A DNA stretch of 64,000 nucleotides, taken from Eledone cirrhosa. Lineage: Eukaryota. The DNA is taken from the NCBI GenBank assembly GCA_964016885.1, contig OZ024740.1, positions 194,432,001 to 194,496,000 of the forward strand. The letters run 5' to 3'. Below the pieces are notes generated by a model. It was not told where the DNA came from. It searched no databases and saw nothing but the letters and a program-made list of their open reading frames with translations. Below, piece after piece: positions 1 to 12,807 of the stretch (position 1 is its first letter; each line of letters starts with the position of its first letter). The position numbers and the translations under genes were made by a program.

Positions 1-7
1 ACCAAAT

Positions 8-250
8 ATTGGCTAGACAACAATCTAATAAAACCTTTAATATATTTTGAGAGAGTAGACTGTATTTAAAATTAAATTAAATATAAATATATAACACTTT
101 GCATGGGAAATTCAATTATGGCACTATATAATATTGGGTAGATAACTTTCTAATGAAACTTTAATATATTATGGGAGAGTAGACTGTATTTAAAATTAAA
201 TATAAATATATAACTTTTTATATAAGGGACTCAATTGAGGCACCATATAA
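8..250. repeat. Degenerate ~125-bp tandem duplication
   Basis: 'gagagtagactgtatttaaaattaaa...tataaatatataac' occurs at ~51-95 and ~175-215 with similar flanks. Confidence 0.7.
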
Positions 251-936
251 TGTCTATTAGAGCAATGAATTTAATTATTATAATGAGCTAGCTACCCCCC
301 CCCCCCTTACGCATAAGCTCCCCTTAATTCCATACCCGGATATTAAACCGTTGAAAATTCTCGCAGCTGAACAACTCTAATCTATAAATATGGATTAAAT
401 AACACTAAGTTACAATACATTATAATCTATTACTATAACAAACATTCAATACAAATATATCGTAACTTATGTAATGGATGTGAAATCTGTAACTTTCTTT
501 TTCTACACACATACAAATTTGAACTATACAGAAAATATCCTCGCATTGCAACCACCATAATACACTAACATATTCGCTTAAAGTGCTTGTATTTCATGTA
601 ATACCTTGCCCTACAGTACCCATATATGCATGATACATTTGCTTGTTCCATTCCTTTATATATGACTAACGCATGTACTCTCTCTTTAATTTAATTATTA
701 GACTATTCTCTTGTATTATCTGTCGCATGTATTCCACTCCATACTTTTAATTTTAATTTAAAATTTAATTTTGATTTTAATTTGAATTTGAATTATTGTA
801 CAATTGTAGTATAATATAATATATGTCGCATCCATTCCACACTGTAAACATGAAACTGTTGTTCACAACATCAATATATATGTATCTGTATGATTCTTCA
901 GTTGAATAGGAGGTCAATTATATGTACAAACATTGA

Positions 937-990
937 TAATGCTCCGAAGACCTCAAGCCTAGGTTTGGAAGAAACAATTGTCAGCGATTA
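937..990 (+). ncRNA. Type I hammerhead ribozyme-like motif (CCGAAGA core variant)
   Basis: taat-gct / CCGAAGA / stem II caagcct-aggtttg / GAAAC-AATT-GTC / agc-gatta; stem I pairs and stem III is palindromic. Confidence 0.7.
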
Positions 991-1155
991 AATGTTTTAA
1001 ACATAACTTTGATTCTTGTGTATTCAATACTACTGCTCTATAAAACAACTGATGTTCTTACATTGAGCTATTTATCTTACTGGTAATAAGGTAGTAATAA
1101 ATTACTGACCTTCCCTGTTTATAGTATAGTATACACATAACTATAAATAGTATCT

Positions 1156-1497
<342 letters not shown>

Positions 1498-3040
1498 ATA
1501 TATACATGTCTGTCTGTGGTGTGTGTATGTGCATGTGTGTGTGTGTGTGTCTGTGTATGTGTGTAGTACAACATTTTCCAACAATGTGCTCTTTCCTAAT
1601 TTAAGACTGATTCTGTCTCTAGTCGCATTTCTCCGCATGTATATTTTCTATGTCATGATTGACTGAACTAACTGACAGTTGACTATGAATATATGACCTT
1701 GTGAATCACTTCATCGGGGTGCTTTCATTTGGTGGGGGTGCAATTCTTTTCTTACTTAAGGAAAGTTATAGAAGAGGACACATATTTTCGGTTAAATATT
1801 ATTTTAGTTGTTCCATTGTACTGCGGCCCTGTTGCATGTGTACTGATATATTATCCAGATGTGCCAACCTCTAAACACTCAAACGGAGAGTCCATGAAAA
1901 AAGGTACCCCAAAAAGGGGAGAACTTAGGCAAAATAGGAAGATTTTACATAATGAAAGCTATACCCATTTTCACGAGAGAAGACATCTCTCACGCACCCC
2001 AAAGTAGATGGGAGATCTCCCCTTCGGACAGGGAGAGTTGACGGGTCTGCATATTCTATTAAAGGTTTCAATCATTGTACTATGATTCATATGTAATTGT
2101 TGACACATTATCATCATTGCAACAAGATCCTAACAGTTGAAACTGTAATATACACTGCCATGATGTTGCCTCAACAAGTACTTATATTATCAATCATATG
2201 ACCCAGAGGAGCGTTGTTCATGATTGTATTAATATTTGTAGGATTAATATTTAATCGACCAAAGATGAATGTGAACTCATAATCTCAGAAATTACGGAGA
2301 AACTAAAATTCTTATCTTTTCTGTTTATTCAGAGCACCCTAAGAAAATCAAAACTGTTAGATCAACAAAAATAGAATGTTACATGCCTTTTGTTGAAAAC
2401 ATACAAGAAATCACTAATGCCTGGCCATGCTTTTAACTTCGAAATAATTCAATAAAGAAAATTTAAATGTTTTGTTTTGTTTCTGTTTTGATTCTCGTTT
2501 TATTTTTTTTATATTATAATTCTATTTTTATTATCACATTATATTTTTATTTTCATTTTTATAGTACAATTAACTTACAAGCTGTAAAGTATCATGATAG
2601 TAGGCCTGCTGAGAAGATAAATGTCCACATTTCTGTCATATACTTAAAGTAGATGCCAAGTATTTTCTTCTGTTTAGTCGTTTATTTTTTCTAACATGTA
2701 TTGGCTGTTATATTAATACAGAAGATGACAGAAACAATTGAACGCCTGATACTGATCAGTTGCATTTCACCGTTGTATGTTCAAATGTTACCAGGGTCAA
2801 CGTTTCCTTTCAATCTTCTAAAACCGATACAATAGATGTAAATAAATTACTTACCTCAATCGAAACGGCTATGGTATGGTATGGTCATGTAGCTCGTGAT
2901 AGAGTCATTGGGGCATCGTATTGACATTTTAAGCCTAGTGGAGCCCATCCCTTTCCAGGCCTGAGTACAGCAAATGTCTTCAGAGAAGGATAAAAAGTGA
3001 GAGAGAGGAGGTGAGAAAGAAATATAGATGAGGAACCCAC

Positions 3041-3603
3041 CATAGTACTTAACTGTTACTTTTGTTGACCAGGAATTGATAAAAGGCAAAGTCGACCTCG
3101 GTGGGATTTGAACTCAGGGAGCAGAGAGACGGAACGAATACTACAAAGCACTATATCCGATATTCTAATGACTCTGCCAATTCGCTGCCTTCAAAACGAT
3201 TATATTCTCCTTTAAAATCTTAGTCGATTAAATTGACTCTAGTACTTGACTGGTGCTTTGCATTAATGATCCCGGAAGAATGAAAGTAAAGTTGAAGTCA
3301 ATGGGATACAAATTTAAAATGTAAGTTTCAGGACAAATACCGCATGGCATTTTTTCAAACACTTTAATGATCCTGCAAATCTATCGCACTGATATCTAAT
3401 ACAAATAATGGTTTATGATTTGAGCACAAGGGCAACAAGGGGATGGGTAATTCGATTAAATGGACTCCAGTGCAGTGCGTTATCGGTACTTTATTTTATC
3501 GACTCCGTAACTTCGGCAGGATTTGAACTCAAAACGTAAAGGGCCGTAACTTTATGCGATGCAGCATGTTGTCGACGCTCTAGCGATAATGCCAATCCAC
3601 CGC
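3041..3603 (-). mobile_element. Cluster of 2-3 degenerate SINE family B copies (Deu/Nin-like core)
   Basis: 'ggcaaagtcgacctcggtgggatttgaactc' and 'ggtactttattttatcgac...ggcaggatttgaactc' are reverse complements of the 56349 copy. Confidence 0.75.
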
Positions 3604-3769
3604 TCTTGTCTAATACGAATAATACCAGAGGCGATTGAACACGCAGATTGAATATGAAAGCTTTTCAGTTCAAATTCAAGAATTCAATTCTTGTTAAAAT
3701 AATTCATATTCTTGTTATTTCTAATTGGATACCATATTATTTGTGTTTCTTAATAGCAGTTATTAACAT

Positions 3770-4085
3770 TATCATTTTGTCACCTATCATCATCATTATC
3801 ATCACCATCGTCGTTGTAGCCATCATCCTAATCAATGCCATGTCTGTTATCTGCATCCTGGACTTCACCAGTATCATCACCGTTCTCATTATCATTGTCC
3901 CTGTTTATCATCATTATACTCTTCATAATCATTGTCGTCGTAGTTGTCATCCAAATCATCACTTCCTCATCATCATCACCATCAGTATCATGATAATCAT
4001 CAGTAATATCAAAACCATCATCAACGCTAACAGTATTATCAACGCTATCATTATTATCAAAATTATCTTCGTTATCTTCTTCAAG
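3770..4085. repeat. Degenerate (ATC)n trinucleotide repeat
   Basis: atcatcatc-rich tract; explains the poly-Ile and poly-Asp ORFs. Confidence 0.9.
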
Positions 4086-4732
4086 CAAGCGCGGAGAGAG
4101 ATTCCAGTTATCAATGGCACCTAACAAAATATTTGTCATATTCTGTATTCAACGTGGTGATCTGTATCTAACTGATGCTAACTATTTACAACGTAGTGTT
4201 CCGTACCAGCGACAGTTAATTATATTAGACATAAACACGGCATGGCGCCGATGATTGACTGGGAACCATCAACCTGTTGGCTTGTTTGCCTGACATTTTA
4301 TCAACCCGGACATCTGTAGTTCTCGCTATCAGAAACTTCTTTATATCAACAAAGGCAATTTACAATTGCTTGTTCTTGCTCTGCATCAATATTTAGGTCA
4401 TTGATTCACACTGCCACAGCAGAGAAAAATTAATTAGAATCGCTATCCAACTTCTCCAGATGCCGCTTGTTAGAGAATATTTACATTCTCCCATCGAATA
4501 ATAATCAACCAGATACAGTACTGCCTTTAAATTAGATCGATGGTCGGATTTTCCTTTTTATTTACACTGAATAATATTGAAACTATCCCGACCAATTTCT
4601 TTTCGATTTTCTCAAACTCAGTTAGTACCATATCCCACGCACGGTCAACCCGGGGTTATTGAAAAAGACATCCCTTCAATGTGTCGACGGGATTGAACCC
4701 ATAACTACATGGTTTCAAACTCCATGCTTGCG

Positions 4733-4767
<35 letters not shown>

Positions 4768-5033
4768 AAATGTGTGTAATCCTTGGTACAGTTAGGTATA
4801 TTAAGACAGGGGGGAAGAAAAAATGGCTTCACATGTGCTTTTCAACAAATTTATTTTCTTCACAAAATCCAAAAAGAATTTTTTTCCGGATTTGAAAAAG
4901 ATTTTTCTTAAAAAAATTATTTTATAAATTAAGTTGTTGGTTAGGAGTTCTTGGTTAACGTAGGAGGTATTATTTCGTTTTTAGAACGACCTTTCACGCT
5001 GAGGTGCGCTTGTCAAACTGTTTGACAAATATA

Positions 5034-5390
5034 TAAAATAAACACATGAAACAATCACAGGGGATAATTTGTAAAGTGTGTAAGCACACACAGCTAGGTA
5101 GGTAACTAATTAAAGTTAAACTAGATCTTCAAATATTACCTTTTAATGATGCGGAAACACTGACAGTTATTTCTTCCTCCTTGCTGATTATCTAAGATTT
5201 AACTACTGTGACTTTACGGATTTTTAGTGAAATATATTTCTTTAATGAAATATATACAAGGAGGATTAATCATTTTTTTAAAAGGTAATATTTGAAGATC
5301 TAGTTAAACTTTAATTAGTTACCTACCTAGCTGTGTGTGATTACACACTTTACAAATTATCCCCTGTGATTGTTTCATGTGTTTATTTTA
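5034..5390. repeat. Inverted repeat, ~112-bp arms with ~135-bp spacer
   Basis: 5034-5145 is the reverse complement of 5280-5390; TA-rich flanks. Confidence 0.9.
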
Positions 5391-5566
5391 AATATATATA
5401 CATATATATATGTCAACCAATTTCTAGGATCTATTCATGCTCGGATCTATTAATGCTCGGATCTATTCATTGGAATATTTGAGCTTATTCTACAGTGGAT
5501 ATGGCGCATGTCTCGGACATGACTCCTTTAATTTAATTTAACTAAATTTATTTCGGATATATATAT

Positions 5567-6862
5567 ATCTAAGGCGGGTAAAATTCCCGAGATCCGTGGA
5601 CGAGTTCTCTCCAGCGGTCTCTGTCCCTCATTATCGCTGCCATGTCCTGCCTCTCCAACAGACCAGTGTCTGTCCTAAGGGCATCAACATACGTTAACCT
5701 TGGTCTTACTCTTCTAGTGTGTCCATGTAGGGGCTCCCAAAGGAGCACTGAGTGCAATGTCAACTCTGGATGTCGGTGAGCATGTCCAGCTAACCTCAGT
5801 CTCCTCTGTGTCACTTTTGAGCTGACTTTTGGGATGCTCCCATACAGCTCTGAGTTTTTCATCCTCAGTGTATACTGATTAATGTTCAGAGCCATCCTCA
5901 GCATTCTCGTGTAGCACCCATCCACCATCTGAGTGAGTTTCTTGGTCAGTGTCCAAGTCTCAGACCCATACAGCAGCACAGACTCCACTACAGCAATGAA
6001 GAGGCGGATTTTCAGGTCTCTACGAAGGTCCGACTTCCACACCGATCTCAAGCTGTGGCACGCCGCCCAGGCCTTGCTCTTCCTCTCAACCACATCATCT
6101 TCCGTATTCCCAATCTTTGCTCCCAAATACAGGAAGTCTTCAACCAATTCCAGCGGCTTCCAGCCTACATTAGTGATCCCCTCTGGCTTCTCAACATTCT
6201 CTACCAGATATTTTGTTTTAGTCTCATTCATTCTCAGCCCCACACTCATCGACACAGTCTCAACCTCCCGCATCAAATCCTCTGCTTCCTTCACTGTATT
6301 TGTCACCAGAACTATGTCGTCGGCAAATTCAGCATCCGATACCTTTTTCGCCCTAACTCTCCTGCTCTGAGCCGGTGCTACAGTAAAGCCAGAGTCCTGG
6401 TGTTTCTCCAGTTCAAGGCGCATACAATAGTCCACTACGATTATAAAAAGGTAGGGAGCCAATGTATCTCCCTGGAGCACTCCAGCCAGTATCTCAAAGA
6501 ACTCTGTCATCCCATCAGGTGTAATGACTTGGACTTTGGTGTTGGTGTAGAGCAGTGATATCAGGTCCACTATCTTCTTGGGGATTCCATAAGCCTGTAA
6601 GATCTTCATCAGACAGTAACGGTCCACAGAATCAAAGGCGTTCCTAAAGTCAATGAAAACCATGACCGCAGGAAGGCACTTTGCTCTAGCTCCCTCTAAT
6701 ATCCTCCTCAGCATCAGGATGTGACTGGTGGTTGATCTACCCTCTCTGGAGCCGTTCTGGTTGTCCCTGAGCTTCTTCTCCATCTCAGGCTGGATCCTGT
6801 TAAGAATCATCCTGTTGAGGGTCTTTGCCACAAGTGACGTCAGTGAGATCCCCCGGTAGTTG
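5567..6862 (-). mobile_element. RTE-clade LINE, 5'-truncated, with uninterrupted RT and C-terminal ORF (~430 aa)
   Basis: NYRGISL, FIDF..AFDSV, GVLQGDTLAPYLF, EFADD, FLYLG, LLYGSETW, RRLRLAGH; the stop TAG runs straight into (TA)n. Confidence 0.95.
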
Positions 6863-6906
6863 TGTGTGTATATATATATATATATATACATATTCATTAG
6901 TTGAGT

Positions 6907-7530
6907 AAAACAAGGTCACAAATTTCATAAGGAGGACATTATTAAAAGATTGTCAGCATATTTTAGTTTGATGTAAGGAATGTAGAGAATAATAATAATA
7001 ATATTAATAATAATAATGTCCGTTTACAATTGTTTCGCTACTCCATATAATATTTCTGGATCAGATGACTATATATCATTATTGATCTGGTTCAGTTGAA
7101 AATAATTAACATATTTAAAAACAGAGCGGCTCATCTGAACTTCAAAGGAGATATCACACAATGCAGCCTCGACAGATGAATACTGCTTGATTATGGCTGA
7201 CAACTGATACAACCAGGATAACATAGTGAAACACCAATATATGGAACACTACATTATGTAACATTCTCTCCTTATTTTAATTTATATTCCTTTGAAGTTC
7301 CGATGAGCCGCTCTGTTTTTAAATATGTTAATTATTTTCAACTGAACCAGATCAATAATGATATATAGTCATCTGATCAAGAAATATTATATGGAGTTAC
7401 AAAAAAATTGTAAACGGACATTATTATTAATAATATTATTATTATTATTCTCTACATTCCTTACATCAAACTAAAATATGCTGACAATCTTTTAATAATG
7501 TCTTCCTTATGAAATTTGTGGCCTTGTTTT
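6907..7530. mobile_element. Fold-back element (~243-bp arms) with degenerate HHR-like motifs in both arms
   Basis: 6907-7149 is the reverse complement of 7288-7530; C(C/A)GATGA-gccgctc...gagtagc-GAAACAATTGTA on the outward-facing strands. Confidence 0.75.
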
Positions 7531-8165
7531 GCTTATCTAATTAATATGTCCAGCTCTGCGCGCCTAACTTCTGCATGAACCCAGCCACCTAACTGCTTTC
7601 TACCGCATATTGCACATTGAGCACATGCCATTACGCTTTGGCTTTTAACTAATTCACCAATCTCTCCTCTCCTATCTCCTCTCCTATCTCCATCTCTCTC
7701 TTTAAGATTGATTACTCTTGAACTGTGTATATATATATACATATATATACATATATATATATACATTGAGTGCTTCTAATCTATTGTAAAATTGTATTCG
7801 TTGAGTAATCAACGAACCATACTAATCTTTGGTTATATCTATATACATATATATATTTACCTCTCTCCCTTATAGCAATTGTCTCTAGCTTACACCCCCC
7901 CCCTTATCCACCTCCATCTGAACTTTTGACTAATCCTTTAGCACAATTGAGACTATTCCTAAAAATAATTTTGTTCTGTGAAAAAACACAACTACCAACA
8001 CTACTTCTACTACTAGTACTATAACTACCTCTCTCTCTATATATATATATAATGCTCCATTTCAGATCCAGCCTTCACAACAAGAAAGATGAACAGACCT
8101 TTTCAACATTTGATTTTAAATTTTAAATTTGTTATTCTTTTTAATTCTTTTTAATTGTAATATTC

Positions 8166-8213
8166 AACATTTGATAAGATGGTTCACACTTATGCATCGA
8201 AAGCGGTTATGTT
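8166..8213 (+). ncRNA. Minimal hammerhead-like motif, U3-A8 core variant
   Basis: aacat / TTGATAA / gatg...catc / GAAA-GCGG-TT / atgtt. Confidence 0.6.
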
Positions 8214-8391
8214 TTATATATTTAATATACATTACAAACTACTTTTTAAAAAGAATTGTTCCTCTCATTTTTCTAATAATGTCACTTTGACGAATCAAAG
8301 AAGACAAAAAGAAAACAGATCCTTAAATATATTTTCCGTGCTATTTCCACTGTTTTGTATAGAACCTTACTCTCTCTTCATATATATATAT

Positions 8392-8900
8392 ATATTGTTA
8401 TACTTTGGGAGGGTCATGTTGCCAATACGAAACACGTGCACCAGTTGCTTTCATGGCAATTTACTATAAATTTAAGAAATTTGTAAATTTCTGGTTGGTT
8501 GGTTCCACAACCGGACGGTTGTTCATATATTGTCAAAGTTCTTTCGTCACACATTCTGTGACTTCTTCAGTGGCTGGGGATTATTTTATTTGTGTAGAAA
8601 GCAAAGAAAGGCACAAAACAAAGAAAATAATCCCCAGTCACTGAAGAGGTCACAGAATATGTGACGAAAGAACTTTGACAATATATGAACAACCGTCCGG
8701 TTGTGGAACCAACCAACCAACCGGAAATTTACAAATTTCTTAAATTTATGAATTTAATTTATAATAAAATGGAGGGAAAGCAACTGGTGCGTGTGTTTCT
8801 TATTGGCAACATGACCCCCCCCCCCCCCCAAAGTATAACAATATCGGTTTCAACACACGTTTTCAAATAAAGAATCTTGCTAAACAAATTCAGAAACGAA
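8392..8900. mobile_element. Non-autonomous palindromic derivative of the 3' end of the 13043-16312 PLE
   Basis: arms ~8392-8592 and ~8619-8843; sequence matches 16100-16312 and 13062-13330; flanked by (TA)n. Confidence 0.9.
8637..8679 (+). ncRNA. Minimal hammerhead ribozyme (mirror copy on - strand at ~8533-8575)
   Basis: gtca / CTGAAGA-g / gtcaca-gaata-tgtgac / GAAA-GAAC-TT / tgac. Confidence 0.85.
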
Positions 8901-8910
8901 ATATATATAT

Positions 8911-9252
8911 ATTAGAAAGTGAGGTTTTTTTTAACAAAATGAAAAATAACCGAGGTGTCCTACACGAGTGAAAGTATAAAGAAAAAAAGATGAAATCGAA
9001 AATGCAACTGGAGTCTTATTTTTAAAAATATATATATATTTATTTGGCTCCTTTACCGGTTTCGCAGTTCTTCTGCTTTTCAAAAGTAGAGTTGAGATGG
9101 AGGGTCTGTGGTTTTTCTCAAACCACAGACCCTCCATCTCAACTCTACTTTTGAAAATCAGAAGAACTGCGAAACCGGTAAAGGAACCAAATAAATATAT
9201 ATATTTTTTTTTAAATAAGACTCCAGTTCCATTTTCGATTTCATCTTTTTTT

Positions 9253-9258
<6 letters not shown>
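8911..9258. mobile_element. Palindromic derivative of the 3' end of the 52458-55640 PLE family
   Basis: arms ~8976-9115 and ~9120-9258; the left arm matches 52458-52593. Confidence 0.9.
9051..9086 (-). ncRNA. Minimal hammerhead, U3-A8 variant (mirror copy at 9148-9183 +; homolog at ~52522-52557 -)
   Basis: minus strand reads ctt / TTGAAAA / gcag-aagaa-ctgc / GAAA-CCGG-TA / aag. Confidence 0.7.
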
Positions 9259-9305
<47 letters not shown>

Positions 9306-9374
9306 GCTCACCCGGGTGAACCTAGAGTAACTCCGAATTACACTCCCTAGATATATATGTGTGTGTGTGTGTGA

Positions 9375-9414
<40 letters not shown>

Positions 9415-9745
9415 CTGTGTGTATATATTAGAGAGAGAGTGAAAGAGAGACCGTGAAAGACGGATGAATATAGATAGAGATAGTAGGCAATGGTGAGAAT
9501 AGAGCATATCTCCAGTGCGCATTGTTTGAAGGTAAAGGGACATTGGCAAAATCACTGCCTTCTTGTATTGAGGCAACATGAGCCTATAAGCGTGTGTTCA
9601 ATGCGGACTTATATGCAAAGCAAGAAATGAATATGGAAGATTTCTCTGCGGATGTTCTACTCTATTTCGCATGTTGCTAGTGTTGGATTACTGGTGCTAG
9701 GAGCTGCTTAGATGTTCAGTTATGTGGGGTAAATCTTCTTACTGC

Positions 9746-9852
9746 AATTCATCCCGCCGAGGTTGACTTTGCCTTTCATCCTTACGGGGTCGATAAAATA
9801 AAGTACCAGTAATGCACTGGGTATTTGCTGGCCTTGTGCCTAAATTAGAAAA
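9746..9852 (+). mobile_element. SINE family B fragment
   Basis: 'atcccgccgaggttgactttgcctttcatccttacggggtcgataaaataaagtaccagt'. Confidence 0.85.
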
Positions 9853-11042
9853 AATTATATTTTGAATGAAGACGTCTGTAACGGGATAATAGGAGAGAGC
9901 AGGTAATGTCAGTGACATTTAATATCTCCGAAGTCGGTTAAATAGACTCAACTAAGGTCCAAATATTTTTGTAGTCAACCTTCCATATCCACTGTTGAAT
10001 ATTCTATGATTTTACTGTATCAGCGGCTCCATGTACAATACTTGATTAAAAAATAATGCATTTAGTATTTAACAATAATCATTCTCAAATATTAGATTCT
10101 GATCAAGAGAATAATTGTACACAAACGCAGTGTTTAAAGAGCTGTCGTCAATATAGTTAAAAGATATTCTGTCGCCGACAAAGACGTTTGTTCGAATAAT
10201 GAGGATCTTGTAACATTACGACACACAAACCTACTCCAATTTGCAATGTTTTCCTAATAGTAAATAGTATCAATAGCAATCTTACTGAATAACTAACCTT
10301 AATATCTACAACGAGAGACACTATGCAGAAAAAAAGAGGGCTTTATATTTACTATTAAGTTTGTAAGCTTTTAACATCGATTATGGTGCTAATGTTCTCG
10401 AGAAAAAATAAATATTAGACTTGGTACTAACGAAAGAAATCAATAATATTGATTTTGTTTTATTAAGCACTAAGTTAATCTGTGTTGCGAAAGAGTATAG
10501 TCGATTGCTTTGATTATCATATATTTAATGCAGCATATTGTATCGATTATAAAAGAATGAAAGACATTAACCTTCAAAACAGATAGAAATTGAGAATGTA
10601 GGGAGAAGACACTAAATCATTTTATGGTATATTGTAGTATTCAGCCTGTTGTTTCAGCCATCTTGAGTAGAGACGCATAAATGTGTGGTTACTATGTTTG
10701 CTTTACAAAAACAAGATCCACCGTCTGTTTAATCACAATACACTGCATCCTGTCATAATATCTTCTAGCATAACCTTGCGGGTGTAATTTTATAGACGTC
10801 GGTGGGATTCTTGAAAGGTCTGTTGCATATATACATATATATTCAGTAAAAGTTGTTTTGGTAAAAAAAAGATGGAGATTCAGTATAAGAATAACATTAA
10901 GAAAGTTGTTGATGTTACGTAACATCACCAACTTTCTTAATGTTATTCTTATATATATATATATATATATATCATAAGTACAGTTTCAGAAGATCCCGTA
11001 ATAGAGAGAAACTTTTATCTGTACTAATAAGGAATATTTGCT

Positions 11043-11100
<58 letters not shown>

Positions 11101-11149
11101 ATCCTTATCGAGCCCTCTTCGGATTTAGTTCTTCATGTTTATTATTACG

Positions 11150-11280
<131 letters not shown>

Positions 11281-11375
11281 GCAGAGGTTATATTTAATTT
11301 GTTGTGATTCAACAAGCTTAACATTTTTTATAACTGATATAAAGCACTCAACAGATTAGTGGAGTAAATATACAA

Positions 11376-11745
11376 TATATTAACATATGGAAACTATATT
11401 TATAAAACCACATTTATTTTATTATACATATTTCAAGGGCCACCAAGGCAAATTATGGTGCGCTTTCATCAGATAAAGTACAATACAGATTAGTTTTATA
11501 AATAAATATTGACATACCCTAAAAAAAGACAACCTTAACGGTTGGAGCTTCCTGGATAGCTACTGAAGAAGCTCCAACCGTTAAGGTTGTCCTTTTTCAG
11601 GGTATGTCAATATTTATTTATAAAACTAATCTGTATTGTATTTTATCTGATGAAAGCGCACCATAATTTGCCTTGGTGGCTCTTGAAATATGTATAATAA
11701 AATAAATGTGGTTTTATAAATATAGTTTCCATTTGTTAATATATT
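11376..11745. mobile_element. Fold-back element (~175-bp arms) with an HHR in each arm
   Basis: 11376-11551 is the reverse complement of 11568-11745. Confidence 0.9.
11641..11701 (+). ncRNA. Type I hammerhead ribozyme (mirror copy at ~11417-11477 -)
   Basis: ttttat / CTGATGA / aag..cacca...tggtg..ctt / GAAAT-ATGT-ATA / ataaaa. Confidence 0.8.
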
Positions 11746-11747
11746 AT

Positions 11748-11815
<68 letters not shown>

Positions 11816-11990
11816 ATCTAGTTATTTATTTCAAAAGGTAATCATTCTCGTAAGACAGATCTGCATATTAGCAGATCTACTGATCAGCCAGATTTGCATA
11901 TCAACAGACTGGCCAGTCAGTTTCCTGTATACGAGCGGTCATTGGCCGCCTTTGCCATATTCAAATAAAAAAAATAAATTAAAAATTTGG

Positions 11991-12029
<39 letters not shown>

Positions 12030-12166
12030 AAAATAATAAATAAATAAATAAAATATTCGAATATTAATAATAATATTGGATTCGTCAGCCAGTCTGCTAA
12101 TATGCAAATCAGGTCGATCAGTCACTGTATATTTTAGAAAATACGTATTTTACCTAGCTCTGACAG

Positions 12167-12247
12167 TTGGCAGGTGAACAGTGAACTGTACTGATGAAGG
12201 GTGATACCCAGAAACATTAATGTCTACAGTTCTGTTTACATGCCAAC
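12167..12247 (+). ncRNA. Canonical type I hammerhead ribozyme with extended stem I
   Basis: gaactgta / CTGATGA / a-gggt-gat-accc-a / GAAAC-ATTAAT-GTC / tacagttc; further pairing ttggca..tgaaca with tgttta..tgccaa. Confidence 0.9.
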
Positions 12248-12518
12248 ACAAGAGCAAGAATGATGGGCTCATTCTACTGACATGGTTTTAAAAATGAGGG
12301 TTGTTTGCATAATAGCAAACGAATCGAATATTATTATTAATATTCGAAAAACTCAGATTACATTTATTATATATATATATTGTATAAGTATTAAGTTGTT
12401 ATATATATATATATATATTAGAAAATATATAGCTTTCACCGTATTTTTAACTAAAGGAATTTTAGCTTGATAACGGAGTTTAGAACCCTCAGATAAATGG
12501 AAAAAGATGAGTATTGAC

Positions 12519-12647
<129 letters not shown>

Positions 12648-12694
12648 GAGAGAGAGAGAGAGAGATCGCTATTCGCTTGTTTTCACGATTCTCG

Positions 12695-12807
12695 CATGCT
12701 CCGAAGAACTGACTGGTTATGATTTTGTATTGGCGATCTAGTAACGTGAAAACAAGCGAGTAGCGATCTCTAGACCTACCAGTTCAGAGAAACAATTGTC
12801 AGCAATG
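12695..12807 (+). ncRNA. Hammerhead-like motif with CCGAAGA core and ~60-nt stem II insert
   Basis: catgct / CCGAAGA / ctga-ctggt...accag-ttcag / GAAAC-AATT-GTC / agcaatg. Confidence 0.7.

Noticed and set aside
3648-4139. Acidic and hydrophobic ORFs
   Set aside because: Products of a degenerate (ATC)n repeat.
5933-6558. Plus-strand ORFs of 145 and 167 aa
   Set aside because: Antisense shadows of the RTE ORF; the same applies to + ORFs over the Tx1 element at 38130-41320.
11101-11130. Minus-strand CCGAAGAGGGCTCGATA hammerhead-like motif
   Set aside because: GAAA is altered, stem II is too short and stem I is unconvincing.
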